From contig OZ245006.1 of assembly GCA_965223545.1 (NCBI GenBank), positions 3,904,001 to 3,968,000 of the forward strand: a stretch of 64,000 nt of DNA, written 5' to 3'. This DNA is from Planctomycetota bacterium. Lineage in GTDB: Bacteria; Planctomycetota; UBA1135; UBA2386. Below the pieces are notes generated by a model. It saw nothing but the letters and a program-made list of their open reading frames with translations, ran no database searches and had not been told where the DNA came from. The position numbers and the translations under genes were made by a program. Of this stretch, positions 26,158 to 36,900 are shown piece by piece (the stretch's first letter is position 1; each line of letters begins with the position of its first letter).

Positions 26158-27069
26158 ATGCTTGTGCTACTCGACCACCTCCTGCGCGATCTGTTTCTGG
26201 CCCGCGTGCCACAGATCACGGCGCAGGCACAGGTCCGGTTTCAACCGCCGGATCAGGCACTGCGCGCGTTCGTGACCGCGCTGAACGACGAGGTGATCAG
26301 CGTCTACCTCGCCGAAGTGCGTGAGAACCGGGAGCTTCGATCCAACGCAGCGGATCGCGCCGACCAGCTGGGCGAAGTCTGGGAGCAGCGCGCTCCCGAG
26401 CGACTCGATTGTCACTACTTGATCAGTGCCTTCAGCCCGGCTCAAGCGGCACCAATGGGCCCGGAGCCCACCGAGGTGGAGCACGAGCTGCTCTACGACG
26501 TCGCCGCCGCACTCTTACTCGAGCAACCGTTGAATCCGAGTCGGCTGTACGCATCCACGTCGCCCGAGTACGCGGCATGGGGCAACCAGGTGGGGGAAGA
26601 CCTGCCGACTCGCGTCGCGCCGGAGAGCGGGTTCGACAAGCTCGGTGAGTTCTGGTCCAGCATGGGGCAGGCAGAGCGCTGGCGGCCGCCAATCCACGCC
26701 GTGGTCACGGTCCCGGTGCTGATGGCACAGCGACAAGTCGGACCGATGGTGACCACTTCGATCACCGAGTTCCGCATCGACGGTGCAGCCTCCTCAACCG
26801 AGACCATGGTGCAGATCGGGGGGCACGTCCGCGACGGCACCGCTAGCAACCCGACACCGGTGGAAGGCGCCTGGGTGCGGCTCGAGACCAGCACCGGCGC
26901 CCTACTTCAGTACACCAGCACCGACGTCGACGGACGCTTCACGTTCTTGCGCCTGTCTCCGGCGCAGGGCCATTACCGGCTGCACGCCGGATCACAGGGC
27001 TTCGGCCCGCTCACTCGCGCGATCGACGTGCCCAGCGAAACCGGAGAGTACGACCTCGTGCTCACTTGA
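26158..27069 (+). CDS. eCIS cap/terminator protein (DUF4255/Pvc16-like) with C-terminal carboxypeptidase-regulatory-like domain
   Basis: VRFQPPD, ISVYLAEVRENRELRSN, LDCHYLISAF, EFWSSMG...RPPI; directly upstream of the sheath. Confidence 0.85.
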   Translation: MLVLLDHLLRDLFLARVPQITAQAQVRFQPPDQALRAFVTALNDEVISVYLAEVRENRELRSNAADRADQLGEVWEQRAPERLDCHYLISAFSPAQAAPMGPEPTEVEHELLYDVAAALLLEQPLNPSRLYASTSPEYAAWGNQVGEDLPTRVAPESGFDKLGEFWSSMGQAERWRPPIHAVVTVPVLMAQRQVGPMVTTSITEFRIDGAASSTETMVQIGGHVRDGTASNPTPVEGAWVRLETSTGALLQYTSTDVDGRFTFLRLSPAQGHYRLHAGSQGFGPLTRAIDVPSETGEYDLVLT

Positions 27070-27088
27070 GACCTACGGAGCAACCAGC

Positions 27089-29059
27089 ATGGCGGTTCAG
27101 ACTTCATATCCAGGCGTCTACATCGACGAATTCGCGCCCGGCGCACCAATCCAGGGTGTGGGCACGGGAACGGCCGCCTTCGTCGGCATCGCGTCCGGCG
27201 GCGACCTCGACGAACCCACCAAGCTGACAAGTTACCAGCAGTTCCTGGACACGTACGGCGAACAACCGGTTCCGGGGTTCTACCTCTGGTACGCCGTACG
27301 TGGGTTCTTCGCCAACGGCGGGCAAGTCTGCTACGTGGTTCGCGCCAGCAACGGCGCATACGCCACCCTGGACGCACTCGCACGCGACGGCAGCTCCAAC
27401 CTGCTCCACTTCCGTGCTCGCCAGCCGGGCGCGCCGGCAACCGCCGTGACGGTCGAGATCACTGCGGTCCACCTGTTGGGCAGCACAGCCACTCGCCTGT
27501 ATCAACCGGCGGGCTCGGTTATGACCGTGGGCACGCGGCAGATCGAATTGAACGCGGGCGAAGGAGTCCAGTTCCGCCCTGGGGATCACATCTCCATCAA
27601 CGCCAACCCCGAACGACCGCAGATCGCCAGCGTCTCCGGGGACACTCTACGCTTCACCGCGGATCTGACCGGCACCTACGCGGCGGGCAACTCGGTGCGC
27701 CTCGCGGACGCAACGGTTGGAACACGGACGTTGCGCATCGAGTTCGACGACGGCACTGGCTTTGGCGCCGCCATTCCCACCGGCAACCTCGAGGTGGGCA
27801 GCGTCCTCAACGTCGATCCCGGCGGAGCGGACGAAGCACACGTGGTGGAATCCGTGCAGCTCGAGTTCCTCGACCCAACAGTCCGCACATACCGCGTCAC
27901 GCTGCGCACAGGCCTCGCCGCGGCGTTCTCGCTGAGCGGCGCCGCGGTCCCGGTGCAGTCCGAGGAGTTCACGATCACGGTGGCTCAAGGTGGTGCCGGA
28001 ACGAGCTACACCAACCTCTCCATCGACGCCGCGCACCCGCGCTACTTCCGCGCTGCGATCAACGACGACACGAGTGGCTTGGTCACAGTGGAGCCAGTCG
28101 ACCCACCTCCCCCGCTCGGGCTACCACTGGCGCTCCCCGCCGATCTAGCGACCACCGGCTTGGCCGGTGGAGCGGCGGAGAACCTGGCCGCCATCGCCAA
28201 CGCCGACTTCACGCGGGCGATCGACACACTGGCACCGATCGATGACGTCAACTTGCTAGCGATTCCGGAGCGCGTCGAACTCGCGGTACAACAAGCTGCA
28301 ATCGCCCATTGTGAGCTCCTCGCCGACCGGTTCGCCGTCCTCGACCCGCGGGAGCCCGGCATCGAGCCGTTTGGCGGCACGGGGATCGAGACCGAGCGAC
28401 AGAGCCTGGCATCGACGCGCGGTTACGCCGCGCTGTACTACCCGTGGCTGCGCGTGCCGCCGTCGGGCAGCGGTGAGGCCGTGCTGGTTCCGCCATCAGG
28501 ACACATCTGCGGGGCGATCGCCAACACGGATGCCAAGCGCGGTGTATTCAAAGCGCCGGCCAACGTACTGCTCAATGACGTGTCCGGCGTAGAGCGGATG
28601 GTGAGCGATGTCGACCAAGGTCAGCTGAACTTGCAGGGCATCAACGTCGTCCGCGTGTTCGGTGCCGGTGGAAGACCGACGATCTGGGGAGCGCGGACGA
28701 CCGCGACGGACGCCAACTGGCAGTACGTGAACATCCGCCGTCTCTTTCTGTACCTAGAAGAGTCGATCGCGGAGGGGATCCACTGGGCGGTCTTCGAGCC
28801 GAACAACCTCTCACTCTGGAAGAAGCTCAAGCGCACCATCGGTGCGTTCCTGCGCACGGAATGGCGGAACGGAGCCCTTTTCGGCGAGACCGAGGAGGAC
28901 GCCTTCTACGTGCGCATCGACGAAGAGCTCAACCCGTTCTCCGAACAGGCGCTGGGCCGCCTACACATCGAGATCGGCGTGCGGCCGACGTACCCCGCCG
29001 AGTTTGTCATCGTACACATCGGAATCTGGGATGGCGGCTCGGAGGTGACCGAAGGCTGA
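27089..29059 (+). CDS. Contractile tail sheath protein
   Basis: ATG 27089: SYPGVYIDE, TAAFVG, AVRGFFANGG, AALYYPW, VFKAPAN, WGART, YVNIRRL, WAVFEPN, PAEFV. Confidence 0.95.
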   Translation: MAVQTSYPGVYIDEFAPGAPIQGVGTGTAAFVGIASGGDLDEPTKLTSYQQFLDTYGEQPVPGFYLWYAVRGFFANGGQVCYVVRASNGAYATLDALARDGSSNLLHFRARQPGAPATAVTVEITAVHLLGSTATRLYQPAGSVMTVGTRQIELNAGEGVQFRPGDHISINANPERPQIASVSGDTLRFTADLTGTYAAGNSVRLADATVGTRTLRIEFDDGTGFGAAIPTGNLEVGSVLNVDPGGADEAHVVESVQLEFLDPTVRTYRVTLRTGLAAAFSLSGAAVPVQSEEFTITVAQGGAGTSYTNLSIDAAHPRYFRAAINDDTSGLVTVEPVDPPPPLGLPLALPADLATTGLAGGAAENLAAIANADFTRAIDTLAPIDDVNLLAIPERVELAVQQAAIAHCELLADRFAVLDPREPGIEPFGGTGIETERQSLASTRGYAALYYPWLRVPPSGSGEAVLVPPSGHICGAIANTDAKRGVFKAPANVLLNDVSGVERMVSDVDQGQLNLQGINVVRVFGAGGRPTIWGARTTATDANWQYVNIRRLFLYLEESIAEGIHWAVFEPNNLSLWKKLKRTIGAFLRTEWRNGALFGETEEDAFYVRIDEELNPFSEQALGRLHIEIGVRPTYPAEFVIVHIGIWDGGSEVTEG

Positions 29060-29072
29060 AAGGAGAAACCCC

Positions 29073-29495
29073 ATGGCGGACCCATACCTCAACTACAACT
29101 TCGTCGTCGAGATCGACGGCATCCAACGTGCTGCGTTCCAAGAGGTCTCCGGACTCGATTCGACGATCGAGGTCACGGAGTACAGCGAAGGCGGTGACAC
29201 GACGCCGCGCAAGCTGCCCGGCCGGACCACCTATAGCAACATCGTCTTGAAATGGGGAATCAGCGACGACACCGACTTGTACGACTGGCACCGACGAGTG
29301 GCCGAGAGCGGCAGCGAGATCGAGCGCAAGGACGGCGCCATCGTCTTGCAGGACCGACGGGGTCAAGAGGTCCGTCGGTGGGATTTCTTCAATGCTTGGC
29401 CAACTGTGTGGAACGGCCCAGACCTCAATGCCGCGAGCAGCGAGGTTGCAATTGAGACGCTCGAACTAGCGCACGAACGCGTCGTGCAAGCGTGA
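29073..29495 (+). CDS. Tail tube protein (T4 gp19-like)
   Basis: DPYLNYNFVVEIDG...FQEVSGL, KLPGRTTYSNIVLKWG, NAWPTVWNGPDLNA, IETLELAHE. Confidence 0.95.
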   Translation: MADPYLNYNFVVEIDGIQRAAFQEVSGLDSTIEVTEYSEGGDTTPRKLPGRTTYSNIVLKWGISDDTDLYDWHRRVAESGSEIERKDGAIVLQDRRGQEVRRWDFFNAWPTVWNGPDLNAASSEVAIETLELAHERVVQA

Positions 29496-29503
29496 GGTGA
29501 GCC

Positions 29504-29929
29504 ATGCTACAGACGGAGCACGAGTTTCAGCTGCCGATGGGCTATCTGGACGCCGACGGCAATCTGCATCGAGAAGGCGTAATGCGGCTGGCGACTGCCG
29601 CGGACGAAATCCTGCCGTTGCGCGACCCGCGCGTGCGGCGCAACGAGGCGTATCTGACGGTCGTCCTGCTGTCGCGAGTGATCACGCGACTCGGAGCACT
29701 GGACGATGTCGACGTCAGGGTGATCGAGGGCCTGTATGCCGCTGACCTGGGATACCTGCAGGACCTCTACAACAAGATCAACAGCCTCGACGAACACGGC
29801 TCCGCGCTGACCTGCCCAGCGTGCAACAGCGAGATCCACGCCGACGATGCGGACACTTCACTTGTCGGCGGAGCGTCTTCGCCGGGGGGGTCGTGGGCTA
29901 CCCGATCGACCGCCTCCTCGAAGAGGTAG
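29504..29929 (+). CDS. Tail assembly chaperone (gpG-like)
   Basis: EFQLPMGYLDADGNLHREGVMRLATAADEI...DLGYLQDLYNKIN, CPAC; position after the tube gene. Confidence 0.85.
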   Translation: MLQTEHEFQLPMGYLDADGNLHREGVMRLATAADEILPLRDPRVRRNEAYLTVVLLSRVITRLGALDDVDVRVIEGLYAADLGYLQDLYNKINSLDEHGSALTCPACNSEIHADDADTSLVGGASSPGGSWATRSTASSKR

Positions 29930-30048
29930 CCTTCATTGCGTACCACCTGCACTGGCCTCGGGAGGAGATCCTGAACATGGAGCACGGCGAGCGACGGCAG
30001 TGGGTGAGCGAAGTCTCCAGCCTCAACCACCGGATGAACGAGGCATGA
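29884..30048 (+). CDS. DUF6760-like small ORF, probable -1 frameshift extension of the chaperone (or GTG start 29893)
   Basis: YPIDRLLEEVAFIAYHLHWPREEILNMEHGERRQWVSEV in the -1 frame, starting at the G7 run. Confidence 0.8.
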   Translation, partial: GGVVGYPIDRLLEEVAFIAYHLHWPREEILNMEHGERRQWVSEVSSLNHRMNEA

Positions 30049-30746
30049 GTCGCTTCGGCCGAACCATCCGTGCACGAGTGCACTGGCGACGCCCCGGGGG
30101 CTGTGCGTTGCACGTTCGCAGGCAAGCCCACAGGCGAAGCGCGCCGAGCGCGACTCCGGTTCCGCCGACGCCGATGGTCCTCCGCCGGATGCGCTGGGGG
30201 ACGACGATCTGCGTCCGAGTTGCCCTCGTAGCTCGAGTCCCGAAGTCGGCGCCGACTAGCGCGCGACTCCCGATGGACCTCGGCCGGTCAGCAATCGGCG
30301 AACAGCCCGCGGGAAGCACTGAGGTGCTTCGCGAGCGTCTGACACGGTACCACACGCTGCGCAGGGATCGGCTGACGGTGACCCGGCGGAGAGTCACTGC
30401 GCATACGCAGCCGGTCGCCACGGCGGGTACGACCGCGGTGTACCGAACCACAGCCGTTCGGACGATTCTCCTCCGCGCAGCACCGCGATCCCCGCGCAGC
30501 GAACGCAGGCCGCCACCGGTCGCGATCACCTTGTGTCGAGTCGGCAACCCTGCGACGACCGGTCGCCTCGAGCCCCAGCGAACGTCACGTCCCGCAATGG
30601 ACGCGCCCCCGACGAAAGCAAGCGCCATGACCGTCCAAGCGTCGGCCGGGCTGCCCGCAGCCGAGGTCGACCGGCTCGCCGAATGCGTCCTGCACCGGCT
30701 GGGCCGGCGCGTCCAAGCACACCGCGAGCGGATGGGAAGGCGCTGA
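30045..30746 (+). CDS. eCIS hypothetical protein (Arg/Pro/Thr-rich, helical C-terminus)
   Basis: ATGA overlap with the upstream ORF; ends EVDRLAECVLHRLGRRVQAHRERMGRR 1 bp before the next gene. Confidence 0.6.
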   Translation: MSRFGRTIRARVHWRRPGGCALHVRRQAHRRSAPSATPVPPTPMVLRRMRWGTTICVRVALVARVPKSAPTSARLPMDLGRSAIGEQPAGSTEVLRERLTRYHTLRRDRLTVTRRRVTAHTQPVATAGTTAVYRTTAVRTILLRAAPRSPRSERRPPPVAITLCRVGNPATTGRLEPQRTSRPAMDAPPTKASAMTVQASAGLPAAEVDRLAECVLHRLGRRVQAHRERMGRR

Positions 30747-30747
30747 C

Positions 30748-31407
30748 ATGGCAGCACTCGAGAGGGCCTCGCTGACCAACACCATCACGGGCGAACGCGT
30801 GGTGGTGCAATTCAATCCCGAGGAGTACACACTGCAAAAAGAGGTGCAGTACGCGCAGGCCACGGTGCCGGGCCTTAGTACGCCCCTGTTGCAGTTCGCA
30901 CACGGCGGCCTGCAAAGCTTGGACATGGAGCTCTTGCTCGACGCCCGCGAGGCCGGCGTGAACGACGTACGAGAGCTCGTCGACAGCGTCGTCGGCCTCA
31001 TGGCGATCGACCCGACGACACACGCGCCACCGGTCGCCCTCTTCACCTGGGGGTCGCTGACTTTCAAGTGCGTGTTGGCCAGCGCCAGCCAGCGTTTCGT
31101 CTTGTTCCGGAGTGACGGCGTACCGTCACGAGCGCGCTTGCAGGTGTCGTTCCAGGAGTACATGACGGCGGATGAAGAGGCGCGCGCCGTCAAGCGCGAG
31201 ACCGCCGACTACACGAAAGTGCACACCGTTCGCGACGGCGAGACTCTCAGCAGCATTGCCGCAGCGACGTACGGCGACGCTGCAACGTGGCGCCCAATCG
31301 CCATCCGCAACCGGTTGGCCGACCCGAGCGCCTTGGTCGGTGGCCAGTCCCTGGTCATTCCCCGACTGCCGTACACGGACCCAGACAGCGGTGAGATCAC
31401 CGGGTAG
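30748..31407 (+). CDS. Tube initiator/baseplate hub protein with LysM domain (Afp7-like)
   Basis: VQFNPEEYT, PPVALFTWG, LFRSDGVPSRA; LysM HTVRDGETLSSIA...WRPIAIRN. Confidence 0.88.
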   Translation: MAALERASLTNTITGERVVVQFNPEEYTLQKEVQYAQATVPGLSTPLLQFAHGGLQSLDMELLLDAREAGVNDVRELVDSVVGLMAIDPTTHAPPVALFTWGSLTFKCVLASASQRFVLFRSDGVPSRARLQVSFQEYMTADEEARAVKRETADYTKVHTVRDGETLSSIAAATYGDAATWRPIAIRNRLADPSALVGGQSLVIPRLPYTDPDSGEITG

Positions 31408-31410
31408 CCC

Positions 31411-32589
31411 ATGCCATCCGCGTCGACACCCGACTTCCGCCTCAAGATCAACGACACGGAGGTTCCGCAGGTACTGCGCAACTCAGTGACCAGCGTGCAG
31501 TACGCCGACGGCCTGGAGGCCGCCGACCGGGTCGAAGTGTCGCTGGCCAACCAAGACCTGCGCTGGATCCAGGACCACATCCGCGGCCTCGGATTCCAAC
31601 CGTTTCCAACCGGCATCACCGTAGGCCCGGCGCGCGTAGGCATCGGCAACGACGGGCTGTTCGACGTCGACAACAAGCTGACGTTGGCTCTCGGCTACGC
31701 GCCCGACCAACTCGAAGACGTGTTCTTGGGGGACATCACGGGTGTGCAGGCGGACTTTCCGGCCGGGCAAATGCCGAACCTCACTTTGGTCGCCCACGAC
31801 CGCCTACACCGCCTGACCAAGGGCAGCTACGCGCGCGGCTTCGGTCCGCTGCCAGACGCGTTGATCGCATCCATCATGGCAGCGGAGAACCTGCTCCTGC
31901 CGGCGATCGACCCGGTCGTCGCGGCAGGTTCGACAGCCCTGGCCGCCGTCAACTACATCTTCGGTGGCTCGGGCCGCAAGCAGAAGGGGCAGAGCGATCT
32001 GGAGCTGATGAAGGAGATCGCCGCGACGTATGACGCGGACTTCTGGGTCGAAGGCGATGTGTTCTACTTCGCCCGATTCGTTCCCAAGGAGTACACGGCA
32101 CGCCTGACGTTGAAGTGGGGTGAGTCGTTGATCGACTTCTCACCGCAGGTCAGCACCGTGGGCGAGGTCTCCGGCGCCGCGATGAAATTCGTGTTGCGCG
32201 AGATCCCGCTGAGCTTCTTGGTCAACGTGTTCTACGACTTCGACCGCGAGGCGGTCGGCATTCGCGTCGTGCCGGGTGAAGCAGCCGGCGCAACCAAGAT
32301 CCTGGTCGGCCCGATGAACACGGCGATCGACCAGCCGATCGGGAGTCCAGCAGACATCACCAACAGTGCGTTGGTGCTGGCGCGCGAGCTGCGCAACTCA
32401 CTCAACAACCGTCTGACCGGCACGGGGAGCGCCGTCGGTGACGTGCGCATTCGCGCCGGCGCCGTGATCGAGCTCGACGGCCTCGGTCCGAACTTCAGCG
32501 GCAACTACCGCGTCAAGAGCGCAACGCACACCGTCGACTCCAATGGCTACCGCACCCGATTCGAAGTGCAGAAGGAGATCATTCCGTGA
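31411..32589 (+). CDS. Phage late control D / gp27-like spike hub
   Basis: LALGY...VFLGDITG, QSDLELM, GSAVGDVRIRAG...GLGPNFSGNYRVKSATHT...GYRTRF. Confidence 0.88.
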   Translation: MPSASTPDFRLKINDTEVPQVLRNSVTSVQYADGLEAADRVEVSLANQDLRWIQDHIRGLGFQPFPTGITVGPARVGIGNDGLFDVDNKLTLALGYAPDQLEDVFLGDITGVQADFPAGQMPNLTLVAHDRLHRLTKGSYARGFGPLPDALIASIMAAENLLLPAIDPVVAAGSTALAAVNYIFGGSGRKQKGQSDLELMKEIAATYDADFWVEGDVFYFARFVPKEYTARLTLKWGESLIDFSPQVSTVGEVSGAAMKFVLREIPLSFLVNVFYDFDREAVGIRVVPGEAAGATKILVGPMNTAIDQPIGSPADITNSALVLARELRNSLNNRLTGTGSAVGDVRIRAGAVIELDGLGPNFSGNYRVKSATHTVDSNGYRTRFEVQKEIIP

Positions 32590-33248
32590 TTGAACAAGCC
32601 CTGGCCCGCGTCGAGAACTCGATCGAGGAAACCAAGAAGAAGCTGTACGGAGTGGTCACCGGACGAGTCATCAACGTCCTCGACCCGCTGGCGCTTGGCC
32701 GAGTCCAAGTGCAGCTGCCCAACATCGACGCGCTGGACCTGGCGCCTTGGGCGAGAGTGGCAGTGCCGTTTGCCGGACCGGCGCACGGCCACTACTTCCT
32801 GCCCAACATCAACGACCAAGTCCTGGTGGCGTTCGAGAACGGCGACACCAACGCACCCTACGTGATCGGCAGTCTGTGGACGACTATGGCGCCGCCGCCG
32901 TTGCCGTCGCCACTCGCGCAGACTCGGATGATTCGCACACTGGCCGGCAACACCATCATGATGACCGAGGCGCCGCCGAGCATCGTGATTACGACGCCGA
33001 CCGGGCAGACCGTCACTCTGTCGCCCGCCGGCGTGCAGATCGTCTCGGGTGCCAACGCGGTCAACCTAGGCCCGAGTACGGGTCCGGCAACCGTGCAAGT
33101 GTTGTCCGGCTCCAACGCGATCAGCTTGTCCCCCGACGGAGTCACGGTGACTTCGGCGTCCACCCTCAAGCTGAGCGCCGCCGGCGCACTGACCATCACC
33201 GCAGGCGGCACGTGCTCGATCACCGCACCAATGGTCAAGATCAACTGA
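32586..33248 (+). CDS. Baseplate assembly protein V / gp5-like spike
   Basis: YGVVTGRV...DPLALGRVQV, WARVA, FLPNINDQVLVAFENGD...PYVIGSLW, then beta-helix repeats. Confidence 0.92.
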   Translation: MIEQALARVENSIEETKKKLYGVVTGRVINVLDPLALGRVQVQLPNIDALDLAPWARVAVPFAGPAHGHYFLPNINDQVLVAFENGDTNAPYVIGSLWTTMAPPPLPSPLAQTRMIRTLAGNTIMMTEAPPSIVITTPTGQTVTLSPAGVQIVSGANAVNLGPSTGPATVQVLSGSNAISLSPDGVTVTSASTLKLSAAGALTITAGGTCSITAPMVKIN

Positions 33249-33255
33249 GGAACGG

Positions 33256-33537
33256 ATGCCGCCCGCAGCAAGACTCGGAGACCTGACCAACCATCCGGGC
33301 TCCGTCGCCGGCCCTGGCGCCGCCAACGTGCTGGTGCAGGGTGCTCCCGCCGCCGCCGTGGGAGATCTCCACAGCTGCGCGCTGCCACCGACGGCGGGAC
33401 CGCACCCGCCCTCCCCATTCGCCAAGGGAAGCGCGACCGTCTTGATCGGCGGCCGACCCGCGTTGCGGCTCGGCGACATGTCCGGTTGCGGCGCAGCGAT
33501 CGTCACCGGTGCACCCACCGTGTTGATCGGAGGTTGA
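33256..33537 (+). CDS. PAAR spike-tip protein
   Basis: PAARLGD, PAAAVGD, PALRLGD repeats with His/Cys ligands. Confidence 0.95.
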   Translation: MPPAARLGDLTNHPGSVAGPGAANVLVQGAPAAAVGDLHSCALPPTAGPHPPSPFAKGSATVLIGGRPALRLGDMSGCGAAIVTGAPTVLIGG

Positions 33538-33538
33538 T

Positions 33539-33958
33539 GTGAGCTCTGCTCAGCGCAACGACGCCGCCGACTTCCTGGGCCGCGGTTGGGCATGGCCGAT
33601 CGCTCTCGACGACGACGCTCAATTGGCGACCGTCGCCTACGAGGACGACGTGCGAGAAGCGATCCGCATCATCCTGTCCACTGCGCACGGCGAGCGCGTG
33701 ATGCGCCCCGACTTCGGCAGCAATCTCTCACGACTCGTGTTCGAACCTGTGACCACCGAGACGTTGGCGCTGGCCAAGCACTACGTCGAAGAAGCGCTCG
33801 AACGTTGGGAGGCGCGCATCGACCAAGTCCGCGTGTCCGTGGAATGGAAGCCGACGCGCGGTGAGCTCAGCATCGAAGTGCGCTACCGCATTCGGGCCAC
33901 CAACACGTTTCACAACTTCGTCTATCCGTACTATCTCGTCGAAGGAGAGGCCCCGTGA
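33539..33958 (+). CDS. GPW/gp25 baseplate wedge protein
   Basis: FLGRGWAWP, IILSTAHGERVMRPDFG, WEARI, NFVYPYY. Confidence 0.93.
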   Translation: MSSAQRNDAADFLGRGWAWPIALDDDAQLATVAYEDDVREAIRIILSTAHGERVMRPDFGSNLSRLVFEPVTTETLALAKHYVEEALERWEARIDQVRVSVEWKPTRGELSIEVRYRIRATNTFHNFVYPYYLVEGEAP

Positions 33959-36900
33959 CGCAGCAAACGCCACCGCTCGACGGCCGGGATGCTACGTCTG
34001 TATTGAACACGGCAGTCAGCCTGGCCAGCGGACACGTGCCGGGGTGGTCGCCAACTGACGGCTCACTTGGCTGGGCGCTGCTCAACGCGCAAGCTCGCTT
34101 GGCCCACGTCATCGGCGGCCGCCTTGACCAAGTCCCGGATCGCGTCAAAGCGGCGTTCTACGATCAACTCGGACTGGCCCTGCTCGCTCCGCAGGCCGCC
34201 CGCGCGCCGGTTGCCTTCGAGCCGATGACCGGCACCGCGGATTCCCAAGTGAGCGGCGGTACACGCGTCGGTGCCACCGATCCGGAGCTGGACACACCGG
34301 TCGTGTTTGAAAGCGAGGCCGGTGCCGCCTTGGCGACGGCGCGGCTGGTAGAGGTCGTGTCTGCTTGGCCAGGGCGCGACGCGGTCAGTTTCCACTCGGC
34401 CGAAGCGATGCGCGGCGACCCCTTCACTCCGTTCTCCGGTCTGCAGCAGGTGGAGCACGCCTTGTACGTGGCGCACGCCGAACACTTTGCGCTGACAGGG
34501 GCAAGCACGGTGGCGGTCGAAATCGCGGTGGCGCAGCCTAGCGCCAAGTCGCTTCAGCTGGCCTGGCACTACTTCGACGGCGAGCGCTGGCGTTCTCTGT
34601 CGACCACCCACGACGGCACGAGCGGGCTCACGAAGAGCGGCACGGTCGAGCTGTCCGCGGATTGCGCCGTCAATGTCGAGACCCGAGTACACCGAACCGA
34701 CGGCCTGTGGATTCGGGCTGTCCTTGACGAACAGGTCTCCAGCTCCGGGGGTTGCGGGTTGCCGGAGCTAGCCGACATACGCCTCCGCACGGTGATCGAC
34801 CGAACCATCGACAGCTGTGACGCTCTCGCCGACGACGATCCAATCCAACCTGACGCGAGCTACGGCGGCGGCCAGAAGCTCGACCTGAGCAACGCCATCG
34901 AGCCCTTCGGTCCACGGCCAGCCCCAGGAAGTGTCTGGTACTTGCAGTGTGATGAGGCGCTGTTCCGCACGAACGCCGAAGTGAGCCTGTGCTTCACCAA
35001 AGTGGTGACGCCCGAAGAAGAGCTCGACGACGAAGCCGCACAGTTCGAGGAGCAGTTCACCGACATGACGGCCGCCTTGTTCGAGGCCGGTCTCGACGTC
35101 GCCCGCGCAATCGCGGCTGCGGGTGAGGCGCGGGCGGAACTGGCGACCTCGACAACCGAGGCCGACGCGCTGCGCGACGCCGTGGACACTCTCGAAGCGA
35201 CGGTTAGTGACGTCGCCGGACGAGCCGGCGCCACCGTGGACTTGGTCTGGCTCGACGAACTCGTCGGACCAGCGGAGGATGTTGTGACCACTGCGAACGC
35301 CACCGCCGTCGGGATGGTCGACCCATTTTCTCTGGGAATAGAGTTGGCGATCTTGTCGGCGCTACTCAGTGGCAACCTCAGCAGCGTGTTCTCCCTCGTG
35401 GCGACGCTCGAGTCCCACAACGACACTCGCGTCCAGGCCGCTGGGAGCGACAACCTCACCGGCGTTGCGCGCAGCATCGAAGCGTTGCGAGCCTTGGAGG
35501 AGGTCACGCCGATCGGCGCCACCGTCGGCGCAGGCGCAAAGCTCCCGACGCTGTCCGATCCAGAAGTCTCATGGGAATACTGGAATGGGCGCGGCTGGGT
35601 CGAGCTCGCCATAGAAGGCGCTCCCGATGCATTGAGTTTGCGCGACAGCGGCCCCATTCACTTCACCGTGCCCCGGAATCTGGCAATGACCGAGGTCGAG
35701 GGCAGCGAGGGGTACTGGATTCGCGCTCGGCTACGGCACGGTGGATACGGCACGGTTCGGATCGTCAGCTGGCGCGATGAACACTCGCAGAAGCAGAACA
35801 TCATGCCGATCGTCGAGCACCGACCACCGGTGCTCGAGCTCGTGCGATTCGGCTATCGCTGGACTTCACCGGACGCCTCGCCTCAGCACGCGCTGACTCA
35901 CAACGACTTCCGGTTCGACGATGTCACGGATGCCACAAGCGGACGGGGCGGGCAGTTCGCACCATTCACGGCGCCGCCTGACCGAACACCGACCCTGTAC
36001 CTCGGCTTCGACCGTGCGTTGCCCACCGACGCGATCGGGTTGTTCTTCGATGTCCAGGAAGTCCTTGGATTGGAAGCCGGTCCGGAGCTGATCTGGGAGG
36101 CGTACGGTGACGGCGAATGGCATGAACTGAGTGTCTCGGATGAGACCGGACACTTGGTGCTGCCCGGTTTGCTCAGCGTTGCGTATCCCGGCTTCCCGGC
36201 ACCCGTCTCCGCCGACGTCGTCAGCGCGGCCGAGGCCACGGTGACCGTGCAGACACTGGAGGGCGCCGCGCGATTCGCGTCTGGGGACGAGGTGTTCATC
36301 GCCGTGGGCGGCGAAGGCGAACTCGCCGTCGTCGATGCCGTCGACCAGTACGAGGTAAGACTCCGCGAACCGCTCACCGAGGATCACTCATCGGCGACCA
36401 TGGAGATCGCTGGGCTCGCTCGGTTCGGGACACCGCGCACCTGGCTTCGCGCACGGATGCGTGAAGATGGCGATCCCGCCGCGAGCCAGGTTGCCTCGAT
36501 CCGAACCAACGTCGTCTGGTGTGAACAGCGCGAAAGCGTTTCCGACGAGATCATGGGCTCCGGCAACGGCGAGGCGGATCAGGTGCTCTGGTTTCGCAAC
36601 GTGCCGGTTCTCGACGGCCAACAAGTCGAAGTGCGGGAACTGGAAGGCGCTCGCGCGGCAGTCGAAGAACCCATGTTGCGTGCCGAGCTGCTCGCCGAAG
36701 GCGTGTCCGAAGACCGCATTCGACTGGGCACGGACATTCGCACCGGCGACATCAATGCGGTTTGGGTCCGCTGGGAGGCGGTGGACAACCTACTGTTCGC
36801 CGGCTCGCGAGACCGAGTCTATACGCTCGAACGGTCGACCGGACGAGTGCTGTTCGGCGACGGCGAACACGGCGCCATCCCGACCGCTGGCAGTGACAAC

